Below, one piece after another: positions 40,950 through 55,605 of a stretch of 64,000 bases of DNA. The notes under the pieces are model-generated. The model ran no database searches. It was given only the letters and a program-made list of their open reading frames with translations, and was not told the origin of the DNA. The number at the start of each line of letters is the position of its first letter. The stretch's first letter is position 1. The DNA comes from Candidatus Hydrogenedentota bacterium. GTDB taxonomy: Bacteria; Hydrogenedentota; Hydrogenedentia; Hydrogenedentales; SLHB01. The position numbers and the translations under genes were made by a program. The stretch spans positions 7,845 through 71,844 of the forward strand of contig JAIBAQ010000010.1 in NCBI GenBank assembly GCA_019695095.1, written 5' to 3'.

Positions 40950-42371
40950 TTATTCGGTCCTTGGATTGACCGTCATCTTCCCCAGGCAATAACGGCGATG
41001 TCCGTCTTCATCGTTCAGCGGCAGTGCGATCGTTGGGGTGCCGTCGCGTAACCCCACGGAAATATAGACATCATAGGTGCCGGGGCTCATGTTGGGGGCA
41101 AACCCATGTTCGGAATCGATGTGCTGCTCCGGAGCTTGATCCGGCGCGGCGACTTCGAGATTGCGCACGTCAAACGCTTCGTTCACAAAGACCGCAACAA
41201 TGCCGCCGTTCGCATCTTTTAGCGTGTACGCCACGAATCCGCCGGGATAGCACGGCGCGACGCCGGCATTGGCCCAAACTGACGACAGCGTAATCCGCTC
41301 CGACAAGCTAACCGATTCTGGCCACGACGCCTCCCGCAATTGGATGCGGTAACCAAGGCGAAGATTTGCGCGCTGGATCAGCTCGCGCTCACTTGCCAAG
41401 AACTCGTGAGGCCACCAGTGAATACTCATGTAAGAAGCATGGTACTCTTCAATCGCGCGCATGAAGATATCGCGAATCCACGCCTTCTTGTTGACCGAAG
41501 ACCCATAGTGTTCGTGCTCCAGCACCACGGGCAACTTCGGCCAGACTGCCTGCGCCAAGTCCGCGTGGAAATAGGAATTGGGCGGCGGTTGCACCAGGAT
41601 ACTGTCATCGCGCAAGGTCATGCCTTTTGAGAAGGCATAGGGGATGATATCGTCACCCTGAAACGCAAAATCGTCGTTCGCCGTGAGCAGGGTGCGTTTG
41701 AAATGTTTGGCGTACAGATCGATATGCATTTTGACAACTTCGGCAGGGACCTTGATGCCCGTGCTGGCAAATGTATGTCCTTCACCCCACACGCCGAATG
41801 ACCCCACATCCACAAACGCGACATTCGGATTGCCGTCGTAGCGCGCGGCAGCCGCGGCAAGAAAATGGTCGAGCTTTTCCAGGAAGACCGGGTCTGCGTA
41901 GTCTGGCTCCCAGTAGGGGCCGCTCTCGTCCAGTTTGCCGGGGGTGAAGTTGTACCCTTTTGCGCCTGCCTCCTCGACCCACTTGGGCGTGGAGTAACGC
42001 ATGAACGATTCGGAAGACGTAAAACGAAAGGCGACTTGAAGGCCCTTATCTATCCATCGCTGTGCGGGTGCATCTACAACTGACCAATCGAACTTCCCCT
42101 CGACAGGTTCAATATGTGACCACGGTAGACGCAAAAATACGCACGATAATCCAGGAAATTCATCAACGGTGTCGGATGGGGCGAGTTTGGAGCCATAGTT
42201 GGCGAGAAAGTCTGAATAGAAATGGAGGGTCCAGCCCATCATCGGGTTGACCAGCCCTTTCCCATTGTCAGACGGCTTTACAACGGTCCTCTGGGACTCA
42301 GCAAAAGCGGGCTGCAACTGCAGACAAAAAAGCGACACCAGCAACACTCCGCGACTGACTGACTGATACAT
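40950..42371 (-). CDS. Secreted glycoside-hydrolase-like protein (GH42-like N-part, DUF4832-like C-terminus)
   Basis: Signal ending AFA; LVNPMMGW, WSHIEPVEGKFDWS, GVWGEGH, RLGYRIQL, NAGVAPCY. Confidence 0.7.
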   Translation of the reverse strand: MYQSVSRGVLLVSLFCLQLQPAFAESQRTVVKPSDNGKGLVNPMMGWTLHFYSDFLANYGSKLAPSDTVDEFPGLSCVFLRLPWSHIEPVEGKFDWSVVDAPAQRWIDKGLQVAFRFTSSESFMRYSTPKWVEEAGAKGYNFTPGKLDESGPYWEPDYADPVFLEKLDHFLAAAAARYDGNPNVAFVDVGSFGVWGEGHTFASTGIKVPAEVVKMHIDLYAKHFKRTLLTANDDFAFQGDDIIPYAFSKGMTLRDDSILVQPPPNSYFHADLAQAVWPKLPVVLEHEHYGSSVNKKAWIRDIFMRAIEEYHASYMSIHWWPHEFLASERELIQRANLRLGYRIQLREASWPESVSLSERITLSSVWANAGVAPCYPGGFVAYTLKDANGGIVAVFVNEAFDVRNLEVAAPDQAPEQHIDSEHGFAPNMSPGTYDVYISVGLRDGTPTIALPLNDEDGHRRYCLGKMTVNPRTE

Positions 42372-42563
42372 GAATTGTCTCCCCCTTACGCCCGCTCTCG
42401 ACTTATTGCCTCAGGGTATCGGCACGTCGATGCGGATAGCAAGCTCGCTCCGCACAAGCTGTTCGATTTGAGACGCCAAACGGAGTAGGATGGTTCTTTG
42501 CGTCGATTTGGCGCGACAAGATACGGTCTATTGTCAGCAAGCGAAAAGAGGGGGGCTAGACCC

Positions 42564-43811
42564 ATGGCAGAGTCACCGACTCGACGAGAGTTTCTCAAAA
42601 CAGCAGCAGTTGGCGCGGCGGCAGTCTCCATGTCTGCAAGCAGTTATGCGCGCGTGATTGGTGCGAACGATCGCATCTCGATTGGCATCATTGGATGCGG
42701 CAGCCGCGGCATTGACGCTCACATGAATGGGATCAACACGCACGCAAAGGCACAAAACGTTGAGATTAACGCCGTCTGCGATCCGTGGAGTGTACGTCGC
42801 GACATGGCCGCGGCCAAGTGCAAGGAGTGGTACAACGTCGACGCCCGCAAGTGCGTGTCGTATCGCGAACTCCTCGAACTGGACAACATCGATGCGGTGA
42901 CTATCGCCTCGGTCGAGCATCAACACACCACGCATCTTAAAGCAGCGGCCGACGCCAAGAAAGATGTGTACTGCGAGAAGCCCCTTGGCAAGGATTTCGA
43001 TGAACTGAAGAAGGCCGTGGATGCGGTCAAGAAGAACAACGTAGTTTGTCAGGTTGGCACGCAGTTGCGAAGCATGGCGAGCATGACCGGCGCAAAAGAG
43101 TTGTTCAAGACGGGTATCTTGGGCAAGTTGTCTCGTGTAGAACAGTGCCGCAACGGCTGGAGGCCGTACTGGTATTCGTATCTCAAACCGGCACGCAAGG
43201 AGGATGTGGACTGGAACGAATTCCTGATGCACCTGCCGAAACGTCCGTTTGACGCCAACTTCTTCACGGGTTGGTATGGTTATCGTGAGACATCCGACGG
43301 CACCGTCCCAAGCTTCGGGGCTCACTATCTCGATCTTGTCCACTACATCACCGGGGCTGAGTATCCGATTAGCGCCGTGTGTCTTGGGAATACCTACGTA
43401 TGGAAGGACGACTACAAGTTCACATGCCCTGACCATGTCCAAGCGACCTGGAACTACCCGGACTTCACGGTACACTACTCGACGAATTTCGGAAGCGGCG
43501 CGGGAAACACCTTCAAGATTTTCGGCGATCGCGCGCACTTCGATCTTCAGAATTGGGACAAGCCCATGGTCGCCAGCGAGGGACTCGGCCCCGACAAGGC
43601 AGCCGTGAAGGAAGCGACCCCCATCGAGCATATCGAGAAACCGGACCACATGCTGGATTGGTTACAGTGTATCCGTTCGCGGCAAACGCCAAACGCGTCT
43701 ATCGATGCGGGCTATCAGCATTCCGTGGCCGCAATCATGGCCATGAAAGCGTATGACACGGGCCATCGCATGATTTACGACCACAAGAATCGCGTTATAC
43801 GAAAAGGTTAA
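42564..43811 (+). CDS. Tat-exported Gfo/Idh/MocA-family oxidoreductase
   Basis: TRREFLK signal; IGIIGCGSRG, DVYCEKP, QVGTQLRS, GAHYLD. Confidence 0.93.
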   Translation: MAESPTRREFLKTAAVGAAAVSMSASSYARVIGANDRISIGIIGCGSRGIDAHMNGINTHAKAQNVEINAVCDPWSVRRDMAAAKCKEWYNVDARKCVSYRELLELDNIDAVTIASVEHQHTTHLKAAADAKKDVYCEKPLGKDFDELKKAVDAVKKNNVVCQVGTQLRSMASMTGAKELFKTGILGKLSRVEQCRNGWRPYWYSYLKPARKEDVDWNEFLMHLPKRPFDANFFTGWYGYRETSDGTVPSFGAHYLDLVHYITGAEYPISAVCLGNTYVWKDDYKFTCPDHVQATWNYPDFTVHYSTNFGSGAGNTFKIFGDRAHFDLQNWDKPMVASEGLGPDKAAVKEATPIEHIEKPDHMLDWLQCIRSRQTPNASIDAGYQHSVAAIMAMKAYDTGHRMIYDHKNRVIRKG

Positions 43812-43816
43812 CGGAT

Positions 43817-44722
43817 ATGGCTGAAACATCCGGCATATCACGCAGGGAGTTTCTATCCCGCGCCGCAGCGGGAAGTGCCCTGGCAATCGTTGGCACTTCA
43901 CGCTCGTCGGCGCAGAGTCAGGCAGGCGGTTGGCAAATCGGCTGCTACACGCGACCTTGGGACAAGCATGACTATCGAGTAGCCCTCGACGCGATCGCCG
44001 AAGCCGGCTTTGCATACGTGGGCCTGATGACCACGAAATCGGCAAACGGATTGGTCCTCTCCGTAGAGACAACCCCTGACGAAGCCAATGCGATCGGGGA
44101 AGAGTGCAAAAAACGCAATCTGAAGGTTCCCTCCGTTTACGGTGGAGGAATACCTTCTCATGAGTCCGTCGAGGCCGGTATTGCGGGTATGCGCAAGCTA
44201 ATCGACCATTGTGTCGCGGCAGGGGTAGCAAACCTGATGATGGGAGGAGTTGGCGACGAAAAGGAGTCGGTCCCTTACTACAAGGCCATAGCTGAGAGCT
44301 GCTCGTACGCGGCCGAAAAGGGTATTGGCATCAGCGTTAAGCCGCACGGTGGCACGAATTCTACAGGGCCGCAGTGCCGCGCGCTCATAGAAGGCGTAAA
44401 CAAGTCGCAATTTCGCTTGTGGTACGACCCCGGCAACATCTACTACTACTCTGACGGCAAACTCGATCCGGTGGATGACGCCGCAACTGTGGACGGTCTT
44501 GTCGTGGGGATGAGTATCAAGGACTTCAAGGACCCGAAAGAAGTTCTGCTCACTCCGGGAACTGGGCGCGTGGATTTTCCGAAAGTCATGGCGCGCCTGA
44601 TTCAAGGGGGATTCACGTCGGGGCCACTCATCGTTGAATGCCTGACGCCAGGCGAATTGCCTCAACTCTTGGAAGAGGCAAAGAAGGCGCGCGCGTTTGT
44701 AGAATCGCTCGTAAAGAAATAG
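43817..44722 (+). CDS. Tat-exported sugar phosphate isomerase/epimerase (xylose-isomerase-like TIM barrel)
   Basis: SRREFLS signal; YDPGNI, MSIKD, PGTGRVDF, VE motifs. Confidence 0.82.
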   Translation: MAETSGISRREFLSRAAAGSALAIVGTSRSSAQSQAGGWQIGCYTRPWDKHDYRVALDAIAEAGFAYVGLMTTKSANGLVLSVETTPDEANAIGEECKKRNLKVPSVYGGGIPSHESVEAGIAGMRKLIDHCVAAGVANLMMGGVGDEKESVPYYKAIAESCSYAAEKGIGISVKPHGGTNSTGPQCRALIEGVNKSQFRLWYDPGNIYYYSDGKLDPVDDAATVDGLVVGMSIKDFKDPKEVLLTPGTGRVDFPKVMARLIQGGFTSGPLIVECLTPGELPQLLEEAKKARAFVESLVKK

Positions 44723-44789
44723 AGCCAAAACACCAGACGCATCACGGTGCATACTGCTACCGTGAGGCGTCTGAACATTATAAGGGAAT

Positions 44790-45662
44790 CTATGCGGATG
44801 CGCCCAGCAACTTCCGCGCAAACTCCGCATTCTTTTTGAAATCAGCCACACGATCGGTCGACGGGCAACTCGTCTCGAGCACGACCCAACCGCTGTAGCG
44901 AATATCGCGCATGGCCTGGCCAACGGCTTTCATATCGACCTTGCCCTCGCCCAGATAGCTGGCGCCGTCCTTGAAATGGAACTGGCAGATTCGATCTCCA
45001 AGCATCCGGATTTCGGCAGGCACGTCGTATTTCTTGTGCGTGGAGTTGCCAACATCGTAATAGACCTTAACGGCATTACTCTGTATACGGTCCAGAATCG
45101 CGAGGTTGTCCTTGGCGGAGAGGTAATTCTCAAGCCCCAGGATTACCCCAGACTTTTCGGCAAGGGGAGCCGCGGCTTTAACGCGCTCGACCAGGATATC
45201 CACGTCTGCGGTCTTGAGCTTGTTCTCCTTCAAGAGGTCGCCCTTTCCAAAAAAGGCAAGGAGGATCACGCGCGCGCCCAAGTCCTGCGTGCCCGAAATA
45301 GTCTGTTCGAGCCACTGGGGCGCTTTCTCTTCCGAGACAAACGGATTGTCGTTGAGAAAGCCCATCGCCGTGGACGACACCACAATACCGGCGGCCTCGC
45401 ACGCCTTCTTGTACTCGGCTCTGAGATTGGCATCCGCGATCGGCAAGGTGTCTCCCGGACCGCCGGAAGAGACCTCTACTCCATCGAGTCCGATAGACTT
45501 GCCGTACGCGATACTCTCAGGACCATTGACTCCCAACGACCAATCGCATGCGCTGAGCCGAATCTCCAGCCCCTTCTCCTCTGCCAGCGCGCGCTTGGTA
45601 AACACTAAGGCGCCCAAAACGGCCGAAGATCGTCCAATGAATTGCCTGCGGGTAGTCTGCAT
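44790..45662 (-). CDS. Tat-exported sugar phosphate isomerase/epimerase (xylose-isomerase-like TIM barrel)
   Basis: TRRQFIG signal; GLENY, YYDVGN, FHFKD, LGEGKVDM, VLET metal-site pattern; GGAGGAG RBS. Confidence 0.88.
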   Translation of the reverse strand: MQTTRRQFIGRSSAVLGALVFTKRALAEEKGLEIRLSACDWSLGVNGPESIAYGKSIGLDGVEVSSGGPGDTLPIADANLRAEYKKACEAAGIVVSSTAMGFLNDNPFVSEEKAPQWLEQTISGTQDLGARVILLAFFGKGDLLKENKLKTADVDILVERVKAAAPLAEKSGVILGLENYLSAKDNLAILDRIQSNAVKVYYDVGNSTHKKYDVPAEIRMLGDRICQFHFKDGASYLGEGKVDMKAVGQAMRDIRYSGWVVLETSCPSTDRVADFKKNAEFARKLLGASA

Positions 45663-45691
45663 TGTTGCGCTCCTCCAGCGTGTCAAGTGAC

Positions 45692-45885
45692 CCAGCCCCG
45701 ATCTCTCACGAACACAATTGAACCTCTTTCGCAACCAGGGTGTTTGCGAAACTTGCGGCGAAGAACATAGCGGTTATCCGAGAACAAAGTGTGTTCGCGA
45801 GAGATCCTCATGGCATAACCTCAGCGTCTTACACGTGAGCAATTTGCGTCGGCGCTCAAGCGCGCCGGTGCAAACTGCGGACTAC
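45692..45885 (-). mobile_element. MITE-like repeat, copy B (194 bp, full length)
   Basis: Same length and layout as copy C; ends GTAG and CTGG; outer stem GATCTCTCGCGAACAC/GTGTTCGTGAGAGATC; inner stem TTTCGCAA/TTGCGAAA. Confidence 0.8.
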
Positions 45886-45953
45886 GCGTCATTATGCCAA
45901 GAATAGCACCAATTGGGGTAGGACTTGGCAATCCTCGGTCACAAGCACCCAGG

Positions 45954-49913
<3,960 letters not shown>

Positions 49914-50361
49914 CCAAGGAGACTCCTACTGATTGGTGCTTATGCGCAACCTTCACACATGCCGTTCCAGAAAGACTCACTAAACTTCTGTGCGATAAAG
50001 GCTAGTGGGCACCGCAGCGGAGGGGAGAAATGATCATGAATCACGGCACACAGTACGCTACCAGTCTTGTGCATACTCGTGTGCCTGATCACAATACAGC
50101 TCCAACGAACCAGCAGAAATACACCGCCTACACAGCAAAAGCCAAGTCCATAAATATTAACATGCGGTCGGCAGCCTGTCAAACGCGCATAACAAGAAAT
50201 ACCATTTTTTATGGTTAAACAATGCTCCGTATATTCGAAATTTTACTTATGCGAATCTACATTATCCCGAATCTGCTTCAAGCAAGCGCTGGTATTTTCC
50301 TGCGCGACATGCTAGTCCCTTGACATAATCATGAAAAACAGCGAATTCGCACACCGCATGA

Positions 50362-53088
50362 CTAGTCGGTGAGTTGGGCCTCGAATTGGTACGATCCTGA
50401 ATGAACAAGGTAAGTGGACCTACCGTTCTCATGGCCCAGGAAATCCACCCCATGTGCTGATTTGGCCGGCACTTGGCTCTCAAGCACGGATTCGGATGAC
50501 TTGGACGGCACGCAAACGGTGGCTGTGGTGTTCGGCGGAATCTCAATTGTCCATGTGAACGTGTGGTCTTTTGCCCTCCATTCGCTTACGATGGGACCCC
50601 TTATCGTCGCGTGCTTAACCCTGACCCAGTCTAAGCCATCCGGAACGTCCGGACTCAGGACGAAATGGCGGTAGCCTGGTGACAACTCGTCAGAGCGGAT
50701 ACCGCCCAAGCCGCGATAGAACCATTCCTCCGCATGTCCAAGCATGCAATGATTGTTGGACGAAGCAGGGTTGGCGTCCCACGCTTCTGTCAGCGAGGTG
50801 GCATTCTTGTTGAGCTGGTCGACATAGCCGGGGCCCTCATCTTGCACGACCATCTTGTACAGGGTGTCACCAGCGCCGTTGTCGGTCAGTGTGCGCACGA
50901 GATAGGAGAATCCCACGTCTCCAGCGGTTACGTGGTACCCCCCACTCTTAATCCGGTCGACCAGTCCCTCAAGCACCGCAGCACGGTCCGCTTCCGGGAC
51001 CAACCCCACGACGAACGGCATCGCGCTGGCGGTTTGGCTTCCCTGGTCGTAGTCTCCGGGATTGGCTTTGTGAAACTGCCGGTTAAACGCGTCGCGCACG
51101 AGCACGGCACGCTCGGCAAACCGCTTGGCGTCATCGGGCTTCCCTAGTACCGTGGCGACTTTCGCCATTACGCTCAGGTCTTGGTAATAGACGGCCGTCG
51201 CCGTCAACCCCTTGGAAGTCAATTGCGATTCCCCCGGGCTCTTGGGTCCGATGTCGTACCAGTCGCCCAGCCCGTGAGATACGATGTTATCCTGCGCAGT
51301 CGTTGCGAGGTAGTCGACGTACCGCTGCATGGTTACGTAATTGACCTCCAAAACACGGCGGTCGCCGTAGGTCAGGTAGGTATACCAAGGGTTAAGAATG
51401 CTGGCACTACCCCATTCGGGTGAATCGACAAAGCCACCGTTGAAGACGGTGTATTCCGGCGCGATGTCGGGTACGAGGCCGTTCTCGCGCTGGGAATCGC
51501 GCATGTCGCGCGAGACCTTTGCGTAGAACCGCGGCACATCGTAGTTGTACATAATCGCGCCCGCGAGCAGATGAGAAACCTCAAGCCATCCAAGCTTCTC
51601 GCGGTGCGGACAATCCGTCAAGACACTCTGGAAATTGCTCCGAATGGCGGTGAGTATCAGTTCGTGGATACGGTTGACCGTCTCGTTCGAGCACGAGAAT
51701 TCGCCGGCAATCTCCGCGGCGGCATAGGTAAAGTCGCCTTTCAGATCAAGGACAATCGGCCCCTTGGAGCGCCGTTCGGCCATCTTTTCCGGAGTCGCTC
51801 CCTCGACCTGAACGTAGCGGAATCCATAGTAGGAGAATTGGGGCCTCCATTCTTCGATTCCCTTTCCTGCCAACGTGTAACTAAACCACACAGGCCCACC
51901 GGAACTACGTTGGGTAACGAGGCCATCTCCATCCAACAGCTCTCCAGGAATCAACTTTACCGTCGATCCCCTCGGACCTTTCACGCGAAGAATCGGTCGC
52001 CCAGAGGTGTTCTGCCCGAGGTCGTACACGAATATGCCCGGCTTCGGCTGCGTTACCCCCACGGCGTCGCGTACGCGCATAACCTTGATCGGCAAACTGC
52101 CTTCGCTTGTAAGGCGTCCGCCGGGACCTTGGCTTTCAACCGCAGGCACCCAGCTAGAATCACCATATTGAGGCATGGTCCAACCGGGCTTCACTTCGCG
52201 AGCATCGTAATCCTCCCCGCCGTAAATGCATGAGAAGACCACCGGGCCGGGGCTTGTCTTCCACGATGAGTCGGTGACGACGTCATGCGTCGTACCGTCC
52301 TCGTACTCGAGGTGCAGGATGGCCGTGAGCGAGGGCGGTCCAAAGGACCCCTTGAATTTCACGTAACGGCCGCCTTTGACGTTGTACATGCCGTTTCCGA
52401 GCATCACGCCGACGGCGTTTGCGCCCTTCTGCAGCAGCGTAGTGACTTCATAGCTGCTATATACACACGTCTTCTTGTAGTTCGTCCAGTCTGGCGCAAA
52501 TACGGAATCTCCGACTCTATTGCCATTCAAGTAAAGTTCATGGAAGCCAAGGCCGCAGAGGTACACCACGGCCCGCCTGATTCGCCCTTCGACTGCGAAC
52601 TCCTTCCGAAACAGGGGCAATGGACCCGATCCGTCAAGTTGGCTCGTAATCCACTTTCCGGTCCATTCTTCCGGACGCAGTACCCCCATGGCCCACTGTG
52701 CAGGCTTGCTCCATCCGCTCTCTACTCCATCTTGGTTCCACACACGCACTCTCCAAAAGCAAACCTGGTGCGAAACAAGTGGAGTGCCTCCATAGACGAT
52801 TTGGCTTTGCTCTGGTGATTCAACCTTGCCGGAATCCCACAGGTCACCCTTTCCCTGATCCAGGATACCCGCAGACGTGGCCACAAGAACTTGGTAGGCC
52901 GACTGGCGCTGCGCCCTTGTTGAAGACTGAAGCTCCCAGCTCAGCCGAGGACTCGCCACATCGAGTCCGATAGGGGACCGCAAATACTCGCAGCGCAAGT
53001 TGACAGCTTCAATCTGAGCCCACGACTCGAACGACGCGCTTGCCAGAATGGCAAGAAGCACCACCCATTTGATAGTAAGTATCTTCAT
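50362..53088 (-). CDS. Alpha-L-rhamnosidase (GH78), secreted
   Basis: LRCEYLRSPIGLD, YDLGQN, FSYYGFRYVQV, TDCPHREKLGW, TSLTEAW, NHCMLG. Confidence 0.93.
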   Translation of the reverse strand: MKILTIKWVVLLAILASASFESWAQIEAVNLRCEYLRSPIGLDVASPRLSWELQSSTRAQRQSAYQVLVATSAGILDQGKGDLWDSGKVESPEQSQIVYGGTPLVSHQVCFWRVRVWNQDGVESGWSKPAQWAMGVLRPEEWTGKWITSQLDGSGPLPLFRKEFAVEGRIRRAVVYLCGLGFHELYLNGNRVGDSVFAPDWTNYKKTCVYSSYEVTTLLQKGANAVGVMLGNGMYNVKGGRYVKFKGSFGPPSLTAILHLEYEDGTTHDVVTDSSWKTSPGPVVFSCIYGGEDYDAREVKPGWTMPQYGDSSWVPAVESQGPGGRLTSEGSLPIKVMRVRDAVGVTQPKPGIFVYDLGQNTSGRPILRVKGPRGSTVKLIPGELLDGDGLVTQRSSGGPVWFSYTLAGKGIEEWRPQFSYYGFRYVQVEGATPEKMAERRSKGPIVLDLKGDFTYAAAEIAGEFSCSNETVNRIHELILTAIRSNFQSVLTDCPHREKLGWLEVSHLLAGAIMYNYDVPRFYAKVSRDMRDSQRENGLVPDIAPEYTVFNGGFVDSPEWGSASILNPWYTYLTYGDRRVLEVNYVTMQRYVDYLATTAQDNIVSHGLGDWYDIGPKSPGESQLTSKGLTATAVYYQDLSVMAKVATVLGKPDDAKRFAERAVLVRDAFNRQFHKANPGDYDQGSQTASAMPFVVGLVPEADRAAVLEGLVDRIKSGGYHVTAGDVGFSYLVRTLTDNGAGDTLYKMVVQDEGPGYVDQLNKNATSLTEAWDANPASSNNHCMLGHAEEWFYRGLGGIRSDELSPGYRHFVLSPDVPDGLDWVRVKHATIRGPIVSEWRAKDHTFTWTIEIPPNTTATVCVPSKSSESVLESQVPAKSAHGVDFLGHENGRSTYLVHSGSYQFEAQLTD

Positions 53089-53197
53089 TCCCTCACCCCC
53101 TGTATCGTGTGCCGTTGAAGCCGCCCAACTCGACGGATATTGTAGCTCAACGGGACAGGCAGCCGGGAGCTTTGGTTACATTTGGGGGAAGCGAGAA

Positions 53198-53584
53198 ATG
53201 CGGTTGTTCGAGAACCACTTTGGGCGGTGGCAAGTCTACATTTTTGAAGTGCAGTTCCTGGTCTTCACCGTGCTGAGTTATGTGGGCGCGAAAGGCGGTC
53301 TGGATGCTTCAGAGCCTCCCAAACGATTATGGACCGTCACATGCGCTGCCATCACTGGGCCGTTCGCGGGCGCAATAGCGCGCGGAGGCCAGTCGTGTTG
53401 CTTGGAATTCTCGCTCCAGATTCTGCCGGTATGCGGTGGGGCTCTCGCAATGGGCACAGTGGCGCAATTCTTACGGCTTCCATTCGGACGATTCAACAAG
53501 CCGATGCGGCTGGCGGCATGGAGTCTGGGGCTTCTGGTTTGGTTCTCGGGGATTCCGGTGTCGTTTCTGCATGCATTCTCGTGA
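53198..53584 (+). CDS. Small hypothetical membrane protein
   Basis: 128 aa with 3-4 hydrophobic segments; GGGGGA upstream of ATG 53198. Confidence 0.55.
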   Translation: MRLFENHFGRWQVYIFEVQFLVFTVLSYVGAKGGLDASEPPKRLWTVTCAAITGPFAGAIARGGQSCCLEFSLQILPVCGGALAMGTVAQFLRLPFGRFNKPMRLAAWSLGLLVWFSGIPVSFLHAFS

Positions 53585-53653
53585 CTCTGGCAGCAGCCTC
53601 TGATTAACCCGGACTACTTTTTCACGAGGCACGACCCCGGCAAAAAATGCGCG

Positions 53654-54565
53654 TTAACCCAGTAGGTTCTCTGCATCTGCGCGTAACGAATCGGGAACAT
53701 CGTTGCAGCGCATCAAGCGATGAAGATAGGTTCGGGATTCGTCGCGTCTACCAAGTGCGACCAAGATCTTCGCCAGGGCAATGTATGCAAAGTGGAACTC
53801 GGAATCGCTGCTGATCGCATTTGCCAATACGGCGACGGCTTTGTCGAATTGCTTCTGCCCAATGTAGACATCCGCAAGAAACGAACAGACTTCGCGATCC
53901 GCGGGGTTAATTTCAAAGGCACGATCCGCATAGTGAAGAGCCCGCTCGATATTGCCCTCCATTTTCTGGCGGTCGGCGGCGAGCAGGAAGCCTTTCGCGC
54001 GCACATCAGGTGCAACGTCTTTGGGACAGAAGAAACTCCCGTACGCTCCGACCGGGAGTTCATAGGGCTGAAAAATGTTTGGATACGGGTGGAAGTCTTC
54101 CGGATACCAAACGCTTCGGTGCAATTCCCCGGGATTCCCGTGACACTCCGGATGATCCCAGCCTTCACCAAGCGGAATATTCACCAGCAAAGCACGAGTC
54201 GCCTTCTCGTACAATTGTTCAAGGACCCGCTCGCCCTCATCTTTGTGCAGGTGCTCAATAACATCGCCGGCGATAATCAGCTCGTATTGGTCCAGAGTCG
54301 GTGCAATCTCACGAATGTCGCCGATGATGATGTTCGAATACAGTGCGCGTTGGTGAGTCTGAATATAGGGTTCAAAGAGTTCTATACCGTCTATCCGGGT
54401 TTTCCACGTCGAAGGTTGGACACGAGTCTCCATAACGTCCAGATATTCACGGCAAAGGAATCCCCACATTCCAAACCCGCACCCGACATCAAGAACTGAC
54501 TTGGGGTGCAAGGAGTAGATGCAAGTCATACAATGCGAAATTTGGATCATTGCGCTAACGGGCAT
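53654..54565 (-). CDS. Class I SAM-dependent methyltransferase with C-terminal TPR repeats
   Basis: VLDVGCGFG, GIELF, GDVIEHL; C-terminal TPR-like helices; divergent from fliW. Confidence 0.85.
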   Translation of the reverse strand: MPVSAMIQISHCMTCIYSLHPKSVLDVGCGFGMWGFLCREYLDVMETRVQPSTWKTRIDGIELFEPYIQTHQRALYSNIIIGDIREIAPTLDQYELIIAGDVIEHLHKDEGERVLEQLYEKATRALLVNIPLGEGWDHPECHGNPGELHRSVWYPEDFHPYPNIFQPYELPVGAYGSFFCPKDVAPDVRAKGFLLAADRQKMEGNIERALHYADRAFEINPADREVCSFLADVYIGQKQFDKAVAVLANAISSDSEFHFAYIALAKILVALGRRDESRTYLHRLMRCNDVPDSLRADAENLLG

Positions 54566-54915
54566 AGACGAATCCCACTGGTTTTGCTCCTCCTCAGAAC
54601 ATGACAAGTGTATCATTATCCTCCATCAGGCGATAGACTACGTATCAGGGGGGAGCCTGGACCGATCTTGCGACAACGTCGACCTATCCTGCTTCTCCGC
54701 GACAGGGCTTGCTGCAAGCGTCTTCCCTACCGGCTGCCTGCGGTCCGGTCTGCGCGCATCGGTCATCAATTTGCGTCCATGTCCACTGAAAACCAGCGAC
54801 TTCGGGGAGCAGCGACCGTCACTAAGGGGCGTGCCAACTAACGCTTGCGCCGGGGGACGGATTCGGGCATACTTAAGCAGCGCTAAGACTTAGGCAGGGT
54901 TGAGAACTGTCGAGC

Positions 54916-55389
54916 ATGGAACTAAAGACTACACGCTTCGGGACACTTCAAGTAGACCCAGCCACCATAGTGACTTTCACTCAGCCGATTCTGGGGTTTC
55001 AAGAGTTTCGCCGTTACATCACCTTGCCGGGGCCAAGTGAACATTTGACGTGGCTTCAGTCAACGGACTCGGGCGATTTGGCCTTTATACTGCTTGACCC
55101 TAAGACGATAGTTGCCGACTATCATGCGGGGATCCGGCCGGATGAGATGACTGAGTTGGCAGTGTCTTCACCGGAAGAATTGGATGTGTACACGCTGATC
55201 GTAGTTCCGCAGGATCCTTCGAAGGTCCGGACGAACCTGAAGGCTCCAATTCTAATCAATCCCAAGCATCGCCTTGGAAAACAGACGATCTTGGATCGAT
55301 CCAACTATCCGGTTCAGTACTTCCTCGCGCAGGCAAAGCGCTCCGGCACGGAGGCGGGAGAGGTGGCGAATGCTCGTTCTGACGCGTAA
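54916..55389 (+). CDS. fliW: Flagellar assembly factor FliW
   Basis: [33 protein letters not shown]; overlaps csrA by 20 nt. Confidence 0.95.
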   Translation: MELKTTRFGTLQVDPATIVTFTQPILGFQEFRRYITLPGPSEHLTWLQSTDSGDLAFILLDPKTIVADYHAGIRPDEMTELAVSSPEELDVYTLIVVPQDPSKVRTNLKAPILINPKHRLGKQTILDRSNYPVQYFLAQAKRSGTEAGEVANARSDA

Positions 55390-55591
55390 AGAGAATGAGA
55401 ACATCATGATTGGGGACGACATTGTCGTGAAGGTTCTCGATGTCCGCGAAAATCAAGTGAAGATTGGAATCGTGGCTCCACGCTCGGTAGCCGTGCATCG
55501 CCAAGAAGTCTACGACGCTATTCAGGCGGAAAACTCGCAGGCAGCCCGGGTCACCCAAGTGGAAGCGATCACCAATCTGATACCGCGTTAA
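55370..55591 (+). CDS. csrA: Carbon storage regulator CsrA
   Basis: MLVLTRK...[11 protein letters not shown]...[20 protein letters not shown]; Asn55 and a C-terminal extension as in FliW-regulated CsrA. Confidence 0.97.
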   Translation: MLVLTRKENENIMIGDDIVVKVLDVRENQVKIGIVAPRSVAVHRQEVYDAIQAENSQAARVTQVEAITNLIPR

Positions 55592-55605
55592 GGGGAGATG
55601 AAGAC

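Noticed and set aside
42573-43649. Long antisense ORFs here and at 14579-15448, 20840-21661, 53720-54499 and 60084-61010
   Set aside because: Each fully overlaps a better-supported gene on the opposite strand, as expected from codon bias at this GC content.
49914-50361. AT-rich gap with small ORFs (49940-50182, 50030-50218)
   Set aside because: No coding signature or recognisable RNA; most likely the kinase promoter region.
54821-54838. Possible sigma-54 promoter (TTGGCACG on the minus strand)
   Set aside because: The -24 element is good but the -12 position reads TTAG instead of TTGC.
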